This document shows positions 1 to 10,864 of a stretch of 64,000 nucleotides of DNA, in pieces; the stretch's first letter is position 1, and the number at the start of each line of letters is the position of its first letter. The DNA is from Oribacterium sp. (GTDB lineage Bacteria; Bacillota; Bacilli; Lactobacillales; Streptococcaceae). The DNA lies in assembly GCA_963588325.1 (NCBI GenBank), contig CAVAFU010000011.1:22716-86715 (forward strand), written 5' to 3'. A program made the position numbers and the translations under genes. The notes beneath the pieces are model-generated. The model ran no database searches. It worked only from the letters and a program-made list of their open reading frames with translations, and was not told the DNA's origin.

Positions 1-645
1 GAAAAAGAAATCAGTCCACTTGATTTGGATGCAGTGATTATTTCGCATTATCATCCTGACCATGTGGCAGACCTTGGTGTGCTACGCCATTATTTCCAAC
101 TTTACCCAAAACATCTCTGGACACCAAAAATTTTGCCAATCTACGGGCACACCGAAGATGAGCAAGAATTTGCTAAACTGACTTTGGACGGTGTTTCTCA
201 AGGAAAAGCTTATAATGTCAATGGTGTTGAGAAGATTGGTCCATTTGACATTACTTTTATTAAAACGGTTCACCCTGTTCCTTGCTATGCTTTTCGTATC
301 GTCGAACGTGCAACAGGGCAAACACTTGTTTTCACAGGTGATACAGGATATTTTGATGGTTTGGATAAATTCGCCGCAGGCGCTGACCTCTTTTTGGCAG
401 ATGTTTACCTTTATGCGGGAAATGAAAATCATCCAGCGCATTTGACAACCAAAGAAGCAGGGCAAATTGCCAAAGCTGCTGGTGTGAAATCACTTGTCTT
501 AACGCATACACCACCAGTTCCACCAGAAGGAATTGATGCTGAAAATCATTTGCAAGTTCTCAAAGAAGAAGCAGAAAATTATGCTGATGGTGTTTCTGTT
601 GATTTAGCTGAGCCACACAAATCATGGCAACTTGGTGAGCTATAA
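1..645 (+). CDS. MBL-fold metallo-hydrolase (RNase Z/YhfI-like), 5'-truncated by window edge
   Basis: Frame open from base 1 (EKEISPLDLDAVII); SHYHPDH metal motif, TGDTGY and LTH motifs. Confidence 0.88.
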   Translation, partial: EKEISPLDLDAVIISHYHPDHVADLGVLRHYFQLYPKHLWTPKILPIYGHTEDEQEFAKLTLDGVSQGKAYNVNGVEKIGPFDITFIKTVHPVPCYAFRIVERATGQTLVFTGDTGYFDGLDKFAAGADLFLADVYLYAGNENHPAHLTTKEAGQIAKAAGVKSLVLTHTPPVPPEGIDAENHLQVLKEEAENYADGVSVDLAEPHKSWQLGEL

Positions 646-1151
646 TGGCTGAATTTACGCAAGAAGAAAAAGAATATTTCATGCAGGAAGCACTCAAGGA
701 AGCACAAAAATCGCTAGCAAAAGAGGAAATCCCGATTGGATGTGTTATCGTCAAAGATGGTGAAATCATTGGACGAGGACACAATGCGCGTGAAGAGCGC
801 CAACAAGCGATTTTGCATGCTGAAATTATGGCAATCAATGAAGCTAATAGCAATGTTGGTAATTGGCGTTTGCTGGATAGCACTCTTTTTGTGACGATTG
901 AGCCTTGTGTGATGTGCAGCGGAGCGATTGGGCTTGCCCGTATTCCACAAGTGATTTACGGAGCTGCTAATCAAAAATTTGGTGGTGCAGGCAGTCTGTA
1001 TGACATTCTAACAGATGTTCGTTTGAATCACCGAGTTGAAGTGGAAACAGGGATTCTTGAGGAAGCATGTGCTGGAATTATGCAGGATTTCTTCCGTAAA
1101 AATCGTGAGAAGAAAAAAGCAGCCAAACGAGCTGCAAGAGAACAGTCTTAA
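645..1151 (+). CDS. tadA: tRNA adenosine(34) deaminase
   Basis: HAE and EPCVMC zinc deaminase motifs. Confidence 0.95.
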   Translation: MAEFTQEEKEYFMQEALKEAQKSLAKEEIPIGCVIVKDGEIIGRGHNAREERQQAILHAEIMAINEANSNVGNWRLLDSTLFVTIEPCVMCSGAIGLARIPQVIYGAANQKFGGAGSLYDILTDVRLNHRVEVETGILEEACAGIMQDFFRKNREKKKAAKRAAREQS

Positions 1152-1152
1152 G

Positions 1153-1180
1153 TTGCATAATCTAGAAATTATGATATAAT
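1153..1180 (+). promoter_or_regulatory. sigma70 promoter for SRP RNA
   Basis: TTGCAT, 16 nt spacer, TGaTATAAT extended -10 directly upstream of ffs. Confidence 0.7.
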
Positions 1181-1187
1181 ATTTTTC

Positions 1188-1259
1188 GGAGCAACATCTG
1201 CGCGTGAAGCGGGTCAGGGGAGGAATCCAGCAGCCCTAAGCGATTGTAGGTGTGTGCTC
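1188..1259 (+). ncRNA. ffs: Signal recognition particle small RNA (4.5S)
   Basis: Helix-8 signature GGGTCAGG-GGA-GGAA-TCC-AGCAGCCC; closing GGAGCA/TGCTCT stem followed by U-tract; position after tadA. Confidence 0.93.
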
Positions 1260-1485
1260 TTTTTTATTCATTAAGAAACGTAAAAATATAACTTATTTTA
1301 CTGTTTTCACGTGGTTTTGATTGTGAAAGCTTATGAAAATTTCATCGTGGAATGGTGATTTCATGAAAGTTTTCAGTAAATTCGTAAACGCTTTATTTTA
1401 GAAGATTATTTAGTAAAAATCATTGAAAAATCAAGCATAAAAGAGTAATATAGAAGAGAAATTTAATTTTTTGAGGAGTATTGTA

Positions 1486-2835
1486 ATGACACATATTAAA
1501 TTTGATTATTCAAAACTTTTGGGTCAATTTGTCGAACAAGAAGAAATCGACTTTATGCAAACACAAGTCAACGTTGCTGACGAATATTTGCGTAAAGGTA
1601 CAGGACCTGGTTCTGATTTCCTTGGTTGGGTAGACCTTCCTGAAAACTACGACAAAGAAGAATTTGCTCGTATCCAAAAAGCTGCCGCTAAAATTCAATC
1701 AGACAGCGAAGTTCTTGTCGTTATTGGTATTGGTGGTTCATACCTCGGAGCTCGTGCCGCTATCGATTTCTTGAGCAATCACTTCTACAACCTTCAAGCA
1801 TCTGCAGACCGTAAAGGTCCACAAATCCTTTACGCTGGTAACTCAATTTCTTCAACTTACCTTGCAGATCTTGTTGAATACGTTAAAGATAAAGAATTCT
1901 CAGTTAACATCATTTCTAAATCAGGTACTACAACTGAACCAGCTATTGCTTTCCGTGTCTTCAAAGAACTTTTGATTGAAAAATACGGTCAAGAAGAAGC
2001 TAACAAACGTATCTACGCTACTACAGATAAAGAAAAAGGTGCTGTTAAAGTTGAAGCTGTTGCTAACAACTGGGAAACATTCGTTGTTCCAGATAACGTT
2101 GGTGGACGCTTCTCAGTATTGACTGCTGTAGGTCTTCTTCCAATCGCTGCTGCTGGTATCGATATTGAAGCTCTTATGACTGGTGCTAACGCTGCACGTA
2201 AAGAATTAACTTCTGCTAAAATTTCAGAAAACATCGCTTACCAATACGCTGCTGTTCGTAACGTTCTTTACCGTAAAGGTTACATCACTGAAATCTTGGC
2301 TAACTACGAACCATCACTTCAATACTTTGGTGAATGGTGGAAACAATTAGCTGGTGAATCAGAAGGTAAACACCAAAAAGGTATCTACCCAACATCTGCT
2401 AACTTCTCAACTGACCTTCACTCACTTGGTCAATTCATCCAAGAAGGTTACCGCAACATCTTTGAAACAGTTGTTCGTGTTGACAAACCACGTAAAAACG
2501 TTGTTATCCCTGAATTGTCAGAAGATCTTGATGGTCTTGGATACCTTCAAGGTAAAGACGTTGACTTTGTAAACAAAAAAGCAACTGACGGTGTTCTTCT
2601 TGCACACACTGACGGTGGTGTTCCCAACATGTTCTTGACACTTCCTCAACAAGATGAATTTACTCTTGGTTACACAATCTACTTCTTCGAGTTGGCAATC
2701 GGTCTTTCAGGTTACCTTAACGCTGTTAACCCATTCAACCAACCAGGTGTAGAAGCATACAAGAAAAACATGTTTGCTCTTCTTGGTAAACCAGGATTTG
2801 AAGACTTGTCAGCAGAATTGAACGCACGTCTTTAA
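1486..2835 (+). CDS. pgi: Glucose-6-phosphate isomerase
   Basis: [34 protein letters not shown] motifs; GAGGAG RBS before ATG 1486. Confidence 0.97.
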   Translation: MTHIKFDYSKLLGQFVEQEEIDFMQTQVNVADEYLRKGTGPGSDFLGWVDLPENYDKEEFARIQKAAAKIQSDSEVLVVIGIGGSYLGARAAIDFLSNHFYNLQASADRKGPQILYAGNSISSTYLADLVEYVKDKEFSVNIISKSGTTTEPAIAFRVFKELLIEKYGQEEANKRIYATTDKEKGAVKVEAVANNWETFVVPDNVGGRFSVLTAVGLLPIAAAGIDIEALMTGANAARKELTSAKISENIAYQYAAVRNVLYRKGYITEILANYEPSLQYFGEWWKQLAGESEGKHQKGIYPTSANFSTDLHSLGQFIQEGYRNIFETVVRVDKPRKNVVIPELSEDLDGLGYLQGKDVDFVNKKATDGVLLAHTDGGVPNMFLTLPQQDEFTLGYTIYFFELAIGLSGYLNAVNPFNQPGVEAYKKNMFALLGKPGFEDLSAELNARL

Positions 2836-2852
2836 TTCACATTAATATAGAT

Positions 2853-2879
2853 AAAAAGCTTCCGCAAGGGAGCTTTTTT
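2853..2879 (+). terminator. Intrinsic terminator after pgi
   Basis: AAAAAGCTTCC-GCAA-GGGAGCTTTTT. Confidence 0.8.
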
Positions 2880-2928
2880 AGTATGTGAAAAACTTTTGTA
2901 ATTGAATAAATATCCAAATTTCTTTCCA

Positions 2929-2952
2929 AATTTTCTGAATATTTGTTATAAT
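2929..2952 (+). promoter_or_regulatory. CodY box overlapping extended -10 promoter of dapH
   Basis: AATTTTCTGAATATT (14/15 to AATTTTCWGAAAATT) followed by TGtTATAAT. Confidence 0.7.
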
Positions 2953-2983
2953 GGTAGAACATATAAGAAAAAATTGAATTAGA

Positions 2984-3078
2984 AGGATTTGAGCGTTTGG
3001 CGAGGGTTAGCATGAACCTGCGCTAAAGGAGAATAACTTGGTAATAGTGGTAAGTCTCTCCAACGCTCTTGGTATCTT
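2984..3078 (+). promoter_or_regulatory. Structured 5' leader of dapH (three-way junction, candidate cis-regulatory RNA)
   Basis: GAGCGTT/AACGCTC closing stem, TGGCG-GGGTT/AACCT-CGCTA hairpin, GGAGA..ACTT/AAGT..TCTCC hairpin. Confidence 0.5.
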
Positions 3079-3082
3079 AAAT

Positions 3083-3781
3083 ATGACTGCACAAAAAATG
3101 ACTGCTCAAGAAATTATTGCATTTATTGGAAATGCGGAGAAAAAAACAAATGTTAAAGTAACCTTTGAAGGTGAATTGGCAGCTGCCGTTCCAGAAAGTG
3201 TTATCAAGCTTGGTAATGTGCTTTTTGGTGATTGGAAAGACATTGAGCCGCTTTTGGCAAATTTGACTGAAAATAAAGATTATGTGGTTGAACAAGATGG
3301 TCGTAATTCAGCTGTGCCATTGCTTGATAAACGCCACATTAACGCTCGTATCGAACCAGGTGCTATCATTCGTGACCAAGTGACAATCGAGGACAATGCG
3401 GTTGTTATGATGGGTGCTGTGATTAATATCGGTGCAGAAATCGGTGCAGGTACAATGATTGATATGGGTGCTGTTCTTGGTGGTCGTGCCATCGTTGGTA
3501 AAAATAGCCATATCGGTGCAGGTGCTGTCCTTGCAGGCGTGATTGAACCAGCTTCAGCTGATCCAGTTCGTATCGGAGACAACGTTCTTGTTGGTGCTAA
3601 TGCGGTCGTTATCGAAGGGGTTCAAGTTGGTAATGGCTCTGTTGTTGCTGCGGGAGCTATTGTTACTAAAGATGTTCCTGAAAATGTTGTTGTAGCAGGT
3701 GTCCCTGCGCGTGTTATCAAAGAAATTGATGCCAAAACACAACAAAAAACAGCACTCGAAGACGCTTTGCGTAATTTATAA
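3083..3781 (+). CDS. dapH: 2,3,4,5-tetrahydropyridine-2,6-dicarboxylate N-acetyltransferase (alternative TTG start at 3038)
   Basis: [22 protein letters not shown], hexapeptide repeats, GVIEPASA. Confidence 0.93.
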   Translation: MTAQKMTAQEIIAFIGNAEKKTNVKVTFEGELAAAVPESVIKLGNVLFGDWKDIEPLLANLTENKDYVVEQDGRNSAVPLLDKRHINARIEPGAIIRDQVTIEDNAVVMMGAVINIGAEIGAGTMIDMGAVLGGRAIVGKNSHIGAGAVLAGVIEPASADPVRIGDNVLVGANAVVIEGVQVGNGSVVAAGAIVTKDVPENVVVAGVPARVIKEIDAKTQQKTALEDALRNL

Positions 3782-3840
3782 TAGAAGAAGTAAAGGCTTG
3801 AGAAATCCTCTCAAGCTTTTCACAAATTAAGGAAAAACAT

Positions 3841-4974
3841 ATGACTTTAGATTTAATTAGCATCCGTCGTGATTTGCACCAGATTCCTGAAATTGGTTTG
3901 GAAGAATTTAAAACACAAGCCTATCTTTTGGAGCGTATTGCAGAGATTACGGCTGGAAAAGATTTTGTAGAGCAACGCACATGGCGAACAGGTATTCTTG
4001 TTTTTCTCAATGGTTCTGCTCCAGAAAAGACGATTGGCTGGCGTACAGATATTGATGCTTTGCCGATTGTAGAAGAAACAGGTCTTCCTTTTGCAAGTCA
4101 GCACGAGGGGCGTATGCATGCTTGTGGACACGACATGCACATGACCGTTGCTCTAGGTTTGCTTAATGAATTGGTGCAGGTTCAGCCAAAAAATAATTTG
4201 TTATTCCTTTTCCAGCCAGCTGAGGAAAATGAAGCTGGTGGTATGCTCATGTACCAAGATAATGCCTTTGGTGATTGGAAACCAGATGAGTTTTATGGGC
4301 TTCATGTTCGTCCTGATTTCAAGGTTGGGGATATTGCGACAAATACCTCAACATTGTTTGCGGGAACTTGCGAGGTCTTGGTGACTTTTAAAGGAAAAGG
4401 TGGACATGCGGCGTTTCCTCATGAAGCTAATGATGCCTTGGTGGCTGCGTCGTATTTTATCACGCAGGTTCAGACCATTGTTAGCCGTAATGTTGACCCT
4501 ATTCAAGGTGGTGTGGTAACATTTGGTTCATTTCATGCGGGAACAACGAATAATGTCATTGCTGAAACAGCACGTTTACATGGTACCATTCGAACATTGA
4601 CTCAAGACATGAGTTTACATATTCAAAAACGTTTAACCGAAATTGCCAAAGGTGTGGCAGCAAGTTTTGGTATGGAAGTTGATGTGGAGCTAAAACAAGG
4701 AGGTTATCTCCCTGTTGAGAATAATCCAAAGTTAGCTCGTCAATTGATGGATTTCTTTAACAAACGAGAAGCGGTTAATTTGATTGATTGCCCACCTGCA
4801 ATGACAGGAGAAGATTTTGGTTACCTTTTAAATAAAATTCCTGGTGTGATGTTCTGGCTTGGAGTTGATACACCTTATGCCCTTCATCATCCACAGATAA
4901 GCCCAAATGAAGCAGCTTTGCCATTTGCAGTTAGTGAAATTGCGGCTTTTCTAAAAGAAAAAGTTAATGAATAA
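3841..4974 (+). CDS. dapL: N-acetyldiaminopimelate deacetylase (M20 family)
   Basis: HACGHD, FQPAEE, GEDFG motifs; adjacent to dapH. Confidence 0.9.
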   Translation: MTLDLISIRRDLHQIPEIGLEEFKTQAYLLERIAEITAGKDFVEQRTWRTGILVFLNGSAPEKTIGWRTDIDALPIVEETGLPFASQHEGRMHACGHDMHMTVALGLLNELVQVQPKNNLLFLFQPAEENEAGGMLMYQDNAFGDWKPDEFYGLHVRPDFKVGDIATNTSTLFAGTCEVLVTFKGKGGHAAFPHEANDALVAASYFITQVQTIVSRNVDPIQGGVVTFGSFHAGTTNNVIAETARLHGTIRTLTQDMSLHIQKRLTEIAKGVAASFGMEVDVELKQGGYLPVENNPKLARQLMDFFNKREAVNLIDCPPAMTGEDFGYLLNKIPGVMFWLGVDTPYALHHPQISPNEAALPFAVSEIAAFLKEKVNE

Positions 4975-4977
4975 AAG

Positions 4978-5011
4978 AAAAGAACTTGAGCAAATTGTTC
5001 AAGTTCTTTTT
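4978..5011 (+). terminator. Intrinsic terminator after dapL
   Basis: AAAAGAACTTGAGC..GTTCAAGTTCTTTTT. Confidence 0.75.
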
Positions 5012-5018
5012 GGATATC

Positions 5019-5156
5019 AAAAAAGCCGCTATTGGGAGGTAGCGGCTTAAAAAGGGAAGGACATGATTTTTCAACCATGTCCAGGAGATTTATGAAAAGG
5101 GAATAACTCCCAAAAGAGCCTATTCCCAGCGGTTTGGGAGAACCGCTATTTAGGAT
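5019..5156 (-). ncRNA. CiaR-dependent small RNA (csRNA), ~138 nt
   Basis: Downstream of CiaR box and TATACT -10; several hairpins with CUCCC loops; anti-SD/anti-AUG tract UUUUCAUAAAUCUCCU; ends in GCCGCUA/UAGCGGC-U6 terminator. Confidence 0.85.
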
Positions 5157-5162
5157 GGTTAT

Positions 5163-5195
5163 AGTATAGCGAAGAAACCTTAAAGAAACCTTAAA
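5163..5195 (-). promoter_or_regulatory. CiaR-binding direct repeat plus -10
   Basis: Minus strand TTTAAG-gtttc-TTTAAG, 10 nt, TATACT: canonical CiaR promoter geometry. Confidence 0.88.
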
Positions 5196-5250
5196 GTAAA
5201 TTTTAAGATTTTTACTAAGTAAAAAAGCGGTTTTATGTTATCATAATAGC

Positions 5251-5778
5251 ATGGAAAAATCACAGTTAAGAACAGCGATTCTTGCGCAGTTAAAAGGGCA
5301 AGATAAGGTCGAAAAAGCCAGTAAAGACAAGGCTTTGCTAGATGATCTGATAAGGTCAGAAGCTTATCAAAATGCTACAACCATTGCGACATATTTGGCA
5401 TTTGATTTTGAGTATGATACACAGCTTTTGATTAATCAAGCCCAAAAAGATGGTAAAAAAATTTTGGTACCCAAGACTTTTGGTAAAGGAAAAATGATTT
5501 TTTGTCCGTATCGTAAAGATAATTTGGTGAAAACGAAGTTTGGGTTATGGGAACCAGCAGATGATAAGGCTGTGGATAAGTCAATGATTGATTTGATTCA
5601 CGTCCCAGGCGTAGCTTTTAATCAAGCAGGTTTTCGTATCGGATATGGTGGCGGTTATTACGACCGTTATTTAGCTGATTATCATGGGAATACAGTTAGT
5701 ACCATTTATGATTGTCAGAAAGCAACATTTCAAGCAGACTATCACGATATCGCTGTGAAGGAGGTTTTTTGTAGATGA
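5251..5778 (+). CDS. 5-formyltetrahydrofolate cyclo-ligase
   Basis: VPGVAF..GFRIGYGGGYYDRYL motif. Confidence 0.92.
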   Translation: MEKSQLRTAILAQLKGQDKVEKASKDKALLDDLIRSEAYQNATTIATYLAFDFEYDTQLLINQAQKDGKKILVPKTFGKGKMIFCPYRKDNLVKTKFGLWEPADDKAVDKSMIDLIHVPGVAFNQAGFRIGYGGGYYDRYLADYHGNTVSTIYDCQKATFQADYHDIAVKEVFCR

Positions 5779-6446
5779 AAAATGTGATTAAACAAAGCCC
5801 TGTAACGCTATTTTTATTAGCTTTAACGACAATTGTTTTTTTAGCGATGCAGGTGATTTATTTTGGAAATGCGACATCATGGCAAGCAATTTTTAATTTT
5901 GGTGGGATGTATGGCGCTTATGTTAAACTTTTTCCAAGCCAATTATGGCGCCTCATTACCCCAATTTTTGTTCATATTGGTTGGGAACATTTCTTCTTTA
6001 ATGCGTTGACGCTTTATTTTGTTGGACAAATAGCAGAGCAGATTTGGGGACACCACAAATTCTTAGCACTTTATGTGCTATCAGGAGTAGTTGGTAATGT
6101 CTTTACACTTTTCTTCACGCCGAATGTGATTGCAGCTGGTGCTTCGACATCTTTATTTGGTGTTTTTGCGGCAATTATGGTAGCAGGTTATTTTGGAAGA
6201 AATCCTTATTTGAAAGAATTGGGACGTAATTATCAGGCATTAATTCTTATCAATTTACTTTTTAACCTCTTTATGCCGACTGTTGGGATTGCTGGGCATA
6301 TTGGTGGTATTGTTGGTGGCGCTCTGTGTGCTATCTTTTTACCAACAGTTGTGGAAAAATCAATGTTCAAATCATGGCAACGTTGGTTGGCAGTGGGTAT
6401 CTACCTCGTGTTAAACATTGGTTTAATTTTCCTTGCTTTAAGATAA
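5775..6446 (+). CDS. Rhomboid family intramembrane serine protease
   Basis: WRLITPIFVHIGWEH, GAST, GHIGG motifs. Confidence 0.92.
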   Translation: MKNVIKQSPVTLFLLALTTIVFLAMQVIYFGNATSWQAIFNFGGMYGAYVKLFPSQLWRLITPIFVHIGWEHFFFNALTLYFVGQIAEQIWGHHKFLALYVLSGVVGNVFTLFFTPNVIAAGASTSLFGVFAAIMVAGYFGRNPYLKELGRNYQALILINLLFNLFMPTVGIAGHIGGIVGGALCAIFLPTVVEKSMFKSWQRWLAVGIYLVLNIGLIFLALR

Positions 6447-6448
6447 AG

Positions 6449-6482
6449 AAAAACCCCTTAGAATTTAAATTCTAAGGGGTTA
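6449..6482. terminator. Bidirectional terminator between rhomboid and galU
   Basis: AACCCCTTAGAATTT/AAATTCTAAGGGGTT inverted repeat between convergent genes. Confidence 0.7.
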
Positions 6483-6499
6483 ATTGTTAATATAGTATA

Positions 6500-7411
6500 T
6501 TATTTTGATTCTTTTGCTGAGTCAGCTTCTAACTCTTTCCCTAAATCGATAAGATATTGTTTCATGCTATCTTTGATTTGTGGGTGTTGAAGAGCATAGT
6601 CAATAGAAGTTTTCATGAAGCCAAATTTATCCCCAACATCATAACGGTCACCGTTAAATTGGCGTGCAAAAACGCGTTGTGTTTTGTTAAGGGTATCAAT
6701 GGCATCTGTCAATTGAATTTCGTTACCAGCTCCAGGTTCTTGAGTTTCAAGGATATTGAAAATTTCTGGAGTAAGAAGGTAGCGACCGATGATTGCAAGA
6801 TCACTTGGGGCATCTTCAGGTGCTGGTTTTTCAACGAATGTTTCAACACTGTAAAGCCCATCAACGCCTTCGCCTTGTGGTGCGATAACACCATAAGATG
6901 AAACTTCTTCGTGCGGTACAGGCATAACAGCGATTGTTGAAGCATGTGTGTTTTCGTAGTCATTAATCAATTGTTTTGTTAATGGCACAGCTTTATCATT
7001 GTTGATGTCCATAAGGTCATCGCCAAGCATAACAACAAATGGTTCGTTACCAACAAACGCTTTAGCTTGAAGCACAGCATCCCCTAAACCACGTGGGTGG
7101 CTTTGGCGGATAAAGTGAAGGTTGATAGCTGTTGTATCATTCACAAGTTTGAGAAGGTCAGTTTTCCCTTTATGTTCCAAATTGTATTCTAGTTCAAAGT
7201 TTGAATCGAAATGATCCTCGATTGAACGTTTTGATTTCCCAGTAACAACCAAAATATCTTCGATACCTGATTTCAAGGCTTCTTCAACGATAAATTGGAT
7301 AGTTGGTTTATCAACAATTGGTAACATTTCTTTAGCAAGCGCTTTGGTTGCTGGTAAGAAACGTGTTCCAAGACCAGCAGCGGGAATGACGGCTTTTCTA
7401 ACTTTTCTCAT
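6500..7411 (-). CDS. galU: UTP--glucose-1-phosphate uridylyltransferase
   Basis: [23 protein letters not shown] motifs; AAAGGAG RBS before ATG 7411. Confidence 0.97.
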   Translation of the reverse strand: MRKVRKAVIPAAGLGTRFLPATKALAKEMLPIVDKPTIQFIVEEALKSGIEDILVVTGKSKRSIEDHFDSNFELEYNLEHKGKTDLLKLVNDTTAINLHFIRQSHPRGLGDAVLQAKAFVGNEPFVVMLGDDLMDINNDKAVPLTKQLINDYENTHASTIAVMPVPHEEVSSYGVIAPQGEGVDGLYSVETFVEKPAPEDAPSDLAIIGRYLLTPEIFNILETQEPGAGNEIQLTDAIDTLNKTQRVFARQFNGDRYDVGDKFGFMKTSIDYALQHPQIKDSMKQYLIDLGKELEADSAKESK

Positions 7412-7470
7412 ATGAGAACTCCTTTTCATAAATTAACTATACTGTATTAAATTATACTATAATTCTAATA

Positions 7471-8487
7471 TTAATGCCATTCGTTTTCAGAACGGAAATC
7501 ATTAGACATCATACCTAAGATACTTTCACGGACGTCGCCGCCTTCGTAGATAACTTTGTAGATGGCACTAGTGATTGGCATGTAAACATCCAATTCTTTA
7601 GCGAGTTCGTAAGCTACTTTGGTTGTTGAGATACCTTCAATAACCATACCCATATTTTTTTCGATGTCTTCGAGTTTTTCACCACGTCCAAGTGCGTCGC
7701 CAGCTCGCCAGTTACGAGAGTGAACAGATGTTCCAGTCACGATAAGGTCACCGACACCAGAAAGTCCGCTATAAGTAAGTGGGTTAGCTCCCATTTTAAC
7801 CCCAAGGCGAGTGATTTCAGCTAGTCCACGTGTGATGACAGCTGCTTTGGCATTGTCGCCATAACCAAGACCGTGAAGGGCACCAGCACCAACAGCAATG
7901 ATGTTTTTAAGAGCACCAGCTGTTTCAACACCGATAACATCAGTATTTGTATAAAGTCGGAAATACTTGTTACTGAAGAGTTCTTGAACGTATTTAGCAG
8001 TTTCTTGATCTTTAGAAGCTGCGGTAATCAATGTAATATCACGAACAATTGTTTCTTCAGCGTGGCTTGGACCAGAGACAACAACGATTTCAGAACGTAA
8101 TTCAGCAGGAATTTCTTCTTCTAAAATAGTAGAAAGGCGTTCGTGTGTACCAGGTTCAAGTCCTTTAGAAGCGTGCATGATAACAGCTTTGTGGTCAAGT
8201 GTTTCAGCTACTTGTTTAGCCACAAGACGTGTCACCTTAGTAGGGACAACAAATAAAATAGCATCGACATCTTTAAGAGCTTCTTTTAAGTCAAGTGTTG
8301 CTTTGATATTTTCAGAGATTGTAATATCTTTAAAGTAGCGAGTGTTTGTGTGTTTCGTATTTAATTCTTCAATTTGATCTGGGATATTTCCCCAAAGACA
8401 AACTTCATGTCCATTGTCGTTTAATACTTGTGCAAGAGCCGTTCCCCATGAACCAGGCCCTAAGACAGCAACTTTTTGTCTTGTCAT
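7471..8487 (-). CDS. gpsA: NAD(P)H-dependent glycerol-3-phosphate dehydrogenase
   Basis: [29 protein letters not shown] motifs. Confidence 0.96.
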   Translation of the reverse strand: MTRQKVAVLGPGSWGTALAQVLNDNGHEVCLWGNIPDQIEELNTKHTNTRYFKDITISENIKATLDLKEALKDVDAILFVVPTKVTRLVAKQVAETLDHKAVIMHASKGLEPGTHERLSTILEEEIPAELRSEIVVVSGPSHAEETIVRDITLITAASKDQETAKYVQELFSNKYFRLYTNTDVIGVETAGALKNIIAVGAGALHGLGYGDNAKAAVITRGLAEITRLGVKMGANPLTYSGLSGVGDLIVTGTSVHSRNWRAGDALGRGEKLEDIEKNMGMVIEGISTTKVAYELAKELDVYMPITSAIYKVIYEGGDVRESILGMMSNDFRSENEWH

Positions 8488-8682
8488 TTTTTCTCCTCTC
8501 TTAAACGAGCAAGATTTCATTTCCCATTATATCACAAGAGCCCCTTATTTGTCTTTGTTTATTGGAAAGGGAATTTTCATTTTTGTGTGGAAAATCAGTT
8601 TGCAAACGTTCTTCATGTTTTTGGAAAATAACTTGTGGTATAATGAAATGACGTTACTAGGATAGGAAAGGAAAAATAAGTT

Positions 8683-9450
8683 GTGATTGATTTAGAAGAG
8701 ATTTTATCTAAAATGAATCCTAATCAGAAAATCAACTATGACCGTGTCATGCAGCAAATGGCAAAACGATGGATGCAAGAAGAGATTCGTCCACGTATTC
8801 TTGTCCATGTTTGCTGCGCCCCTTGTTCAACTTATACTTTGGAATATTTGACGCAATACGCTGATTTGACAGTTTATTTTGCGAACTCTAACATTCATCC
8901 CAAGGAAGAATATTACCGCAGAGCTTACGTGGTTCAAAAATTTATATCAGATTTTAATGCCAAAACAGGCAATAACGTTCAATTTATCGAAGCTCCGTAT
9001 GACCCATCAGAATATTTTCAAAAAGTTCATGGCTTTGAAGAAGAGCCTGAAGGTGGAGAACGTTGCCGTGTTTGCTTTGATTACCGTTTGGATAAGGCAG
9101 CCAAAAAGGCTGTTGAGCTTGGCTTTGATTACTTTGCAAGCGCGCTGACAATCAGTCCACATAAAAATTCACAAGTCATTAATAGCGTGGGAATCGAAGT
9201 CCAAAAAGTTTATGCAACCAAGTATCTGCCGAGCGATTTTAAGAAGAATAATGGCTACCGCAGGTCAGTTGAAATGTGTGAGGAATACGATATTTACCGC
9301 CAATGTTATTGCGGTTGTGTCTTTGCAGCTAAAATGCAAGGCATCGACTTTACACAAATCAAAAAAGAAGCCAAAGAATTTATGGTCGGAAAAGATGGTG
9401 AAAAAGAATTCCCCCACATCCGCTTTACCTTTGAAGGCAAAGAAATTTAA
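8683..9450 (+). CDS. queH: Epoxyqueuosine reductase QueH (DUF208)
   Basis: HVCCAPCS, CRVC, YRQCYCGC Fe-S motifs. Confidence 0.9.
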   Translation: MIDLEEILSKMNPNQKINYDRVMQQMAKRWMQEEIRPRILVHVCCAPCSTYTLEYLTQYADLTVYFANSNIHPKEEYYRRAYVVQKFISDFNAKTGNNVQFIEAPYDPSEYFQKVHGFEEEPEGGERCRVCFDYRLDKAAKKAVELGFDYFASALTISPHKNSQVINSVGIEVQKVYATKYLPSDFKKNNGYRRSVEMCEEYDIYRQCYCGCVFAAKMQGIDFTQIKKEAKEFMVGKDGEKEFPHIRFTFEGKEI

Positions 9451-9526
9451 TACAAGAAAAGCAGAATTAGTTTTAAACTAGTTCTGTTTTTTGTGTGACA
9501 ACAAAGCATTTTGGATAAATAACGAC

Positions 9527-9604
9527 AAAAATGAGAATTTTCAGAAAAAGTATATACTTTTCTTTAAAAGTACGCTAAAGCGTGATAGAATAAGGGATAA
9601 TTAA
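9527..9604 (+). repeat. Promoter-region repeat copy 1 (CodY box + extended -10)
   Basis: ~78 bp near-identical to 12156-12233; AATTTTCAGAAAAAG at 9536 and TGaTAGAAT at 9583-9591. Confidence 0.85.
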
Positions 9605-9646
9605 GGATTGGGAAGAAAAGTTTTGGAGATTGGAAAATAAGTCGGT

Positions 9647-10849
9647 ATGAAAATTAAAGCATTTACGAGTAATTTTTATCATTTAATTTTAAGTCGTTCA
9701 ACGAGAAATATAGCGGATAGTTTTTATTCGATTGCTCTTTCTATTGGTTTGGTAAAGGTGTATCAGATTGATGCTGCAAATTTATCGTTGTTCACTTTAC
9801 TTGGTTTGATTCCTAATGTGACCTCGATTTTTTATGGTCCTTTTTTAAATCGCATAAAGAATGATAAAAAATGGTTGATGATTTTTCAGATATTGCAATT
9901 GGTTGTTATTGTGGGGATTATTTTGTGTCTTAACTATCGATTTACTGTTCTTTGGATGTATAGTTTGAATTTTATTTTTAATTTGTTAACAACGTTATTG
10001 AATACCATGCAAATGAAAATCACTCCTGAAACTTTGGATAACGATAGTGAGCTGATTGATAAATCTGTAGATATTCAATACAAGACGTCAAATGTGCTAG
10101 ATATTATTAGTAATTTTATTGCGTCTTCTTTGTTGGCTTTTATTTCGTATCTAGTCCTTTTGCAACTTAGTATTCCATTTTTTATAGGGGCTATCTATTT
10201 TATGTTTCGTGTAAAACTTGATACTAGGGTGGTAAGTCAATTTACCGAGGAGAATGAGAAAGAGAAACTTCGTCTATTAGAATCGGTAGAGGTGTTTAGA
10301 GCATCAAAATTTGCTTCACTTATCATCTTTATAGAGGCTTTTTTGAGCGGTGGTACAGATTTACTGTTGACTCTTGCTCCCTTATATTTATTACAGGAAG
10401 GAATTCCTATTGGGTATTTGGGTGTTGTTCTTGCTGTGCAACGTGGAGCAGATTTGCTTGGAGCACTTCTAGCACCACGTATCAGAATACGTCCTAGACA
10501 TTTTTTCTGCATTGACTATATCATATCTGGACTATGCTTGTTATTTGTATTCATTATTCCTTATCCATTGGTAAAATTACTGCTATTTTTCATCGCATTT
10601 GTTGTGATTGGAATATCTGGCAATATATTTGAAAAAATGATTTACGCGGAATATGACAATCATAAAGTTGCCTTAATTTACACTGCTAGTTCTAGTTTAT
10701 ACGCTATCTTTGGTATTCTATTTTTGTTAATTCCAAGTTTTTATCAAAATATAACGGTTTTAGGGATTTCAATTAATGTAATGACGTTTGGCATTGGTGT
10801 TTATTTATTGATAAAAAGTGGCGTTTTGACGAGGGGAAAATTATCGTAG
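9647..10849 (+). CDS. MFS transporter (peptide/macrolide-efflux-like)
   Basis: 400 aa, ~12 hydrophobic segments, AT-rich. Confidence 0.75.
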   Translation: MKIKAFTSNFYHLILSRSTRNIADSFYSIALSIGLVKVYQIDAANLSLFTLLGLIPNVTSIFYGPFLNRIKNDKKWLMIFQILQLVVIVGIILCLNYRFTVLWMYSLNFIFNLLTTLLNTMQMKITPETLDNDSELIDKSVDIQYKTSNVLDIISNFIASSLLAFISYLVLLQLSIPFFIGAIYFMFRVKLDTRVVSQFTEENEKEKLRLLESVEVFRASKFASLIIFIEAFLSGGTDLLLTLAPLYLLQEGIPIGYLGVVLAVQRGADLLGALLAPRIRIRPRHFFCIDYIISGLCLLFVFIIPYPLVKLLLFFIAFVVIGISGNIFEKMIYAEYDNHKVALIYTASSSLYAIFGILFLLIPSFYQNITVLGISINVMTFGIGVYLLIKSGVLTRGKLS

Positions 10850-10864
10850 GTTTTAGGAGAGGTT

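Noticed and set aside
2960..3082. Canonical lysine (L-box) or glycine riboswitch
   Set aside because: Too short for an L-box and lacks its five-stem motifs; only loose resemblance to glycine-aptamer words, and the CUCUCAGG core is absent
8636..8682. preQ1 riboswitch before queH
   Set aside because: Leader after TATAAT is ~35 nt with no aptamer stem or consensus
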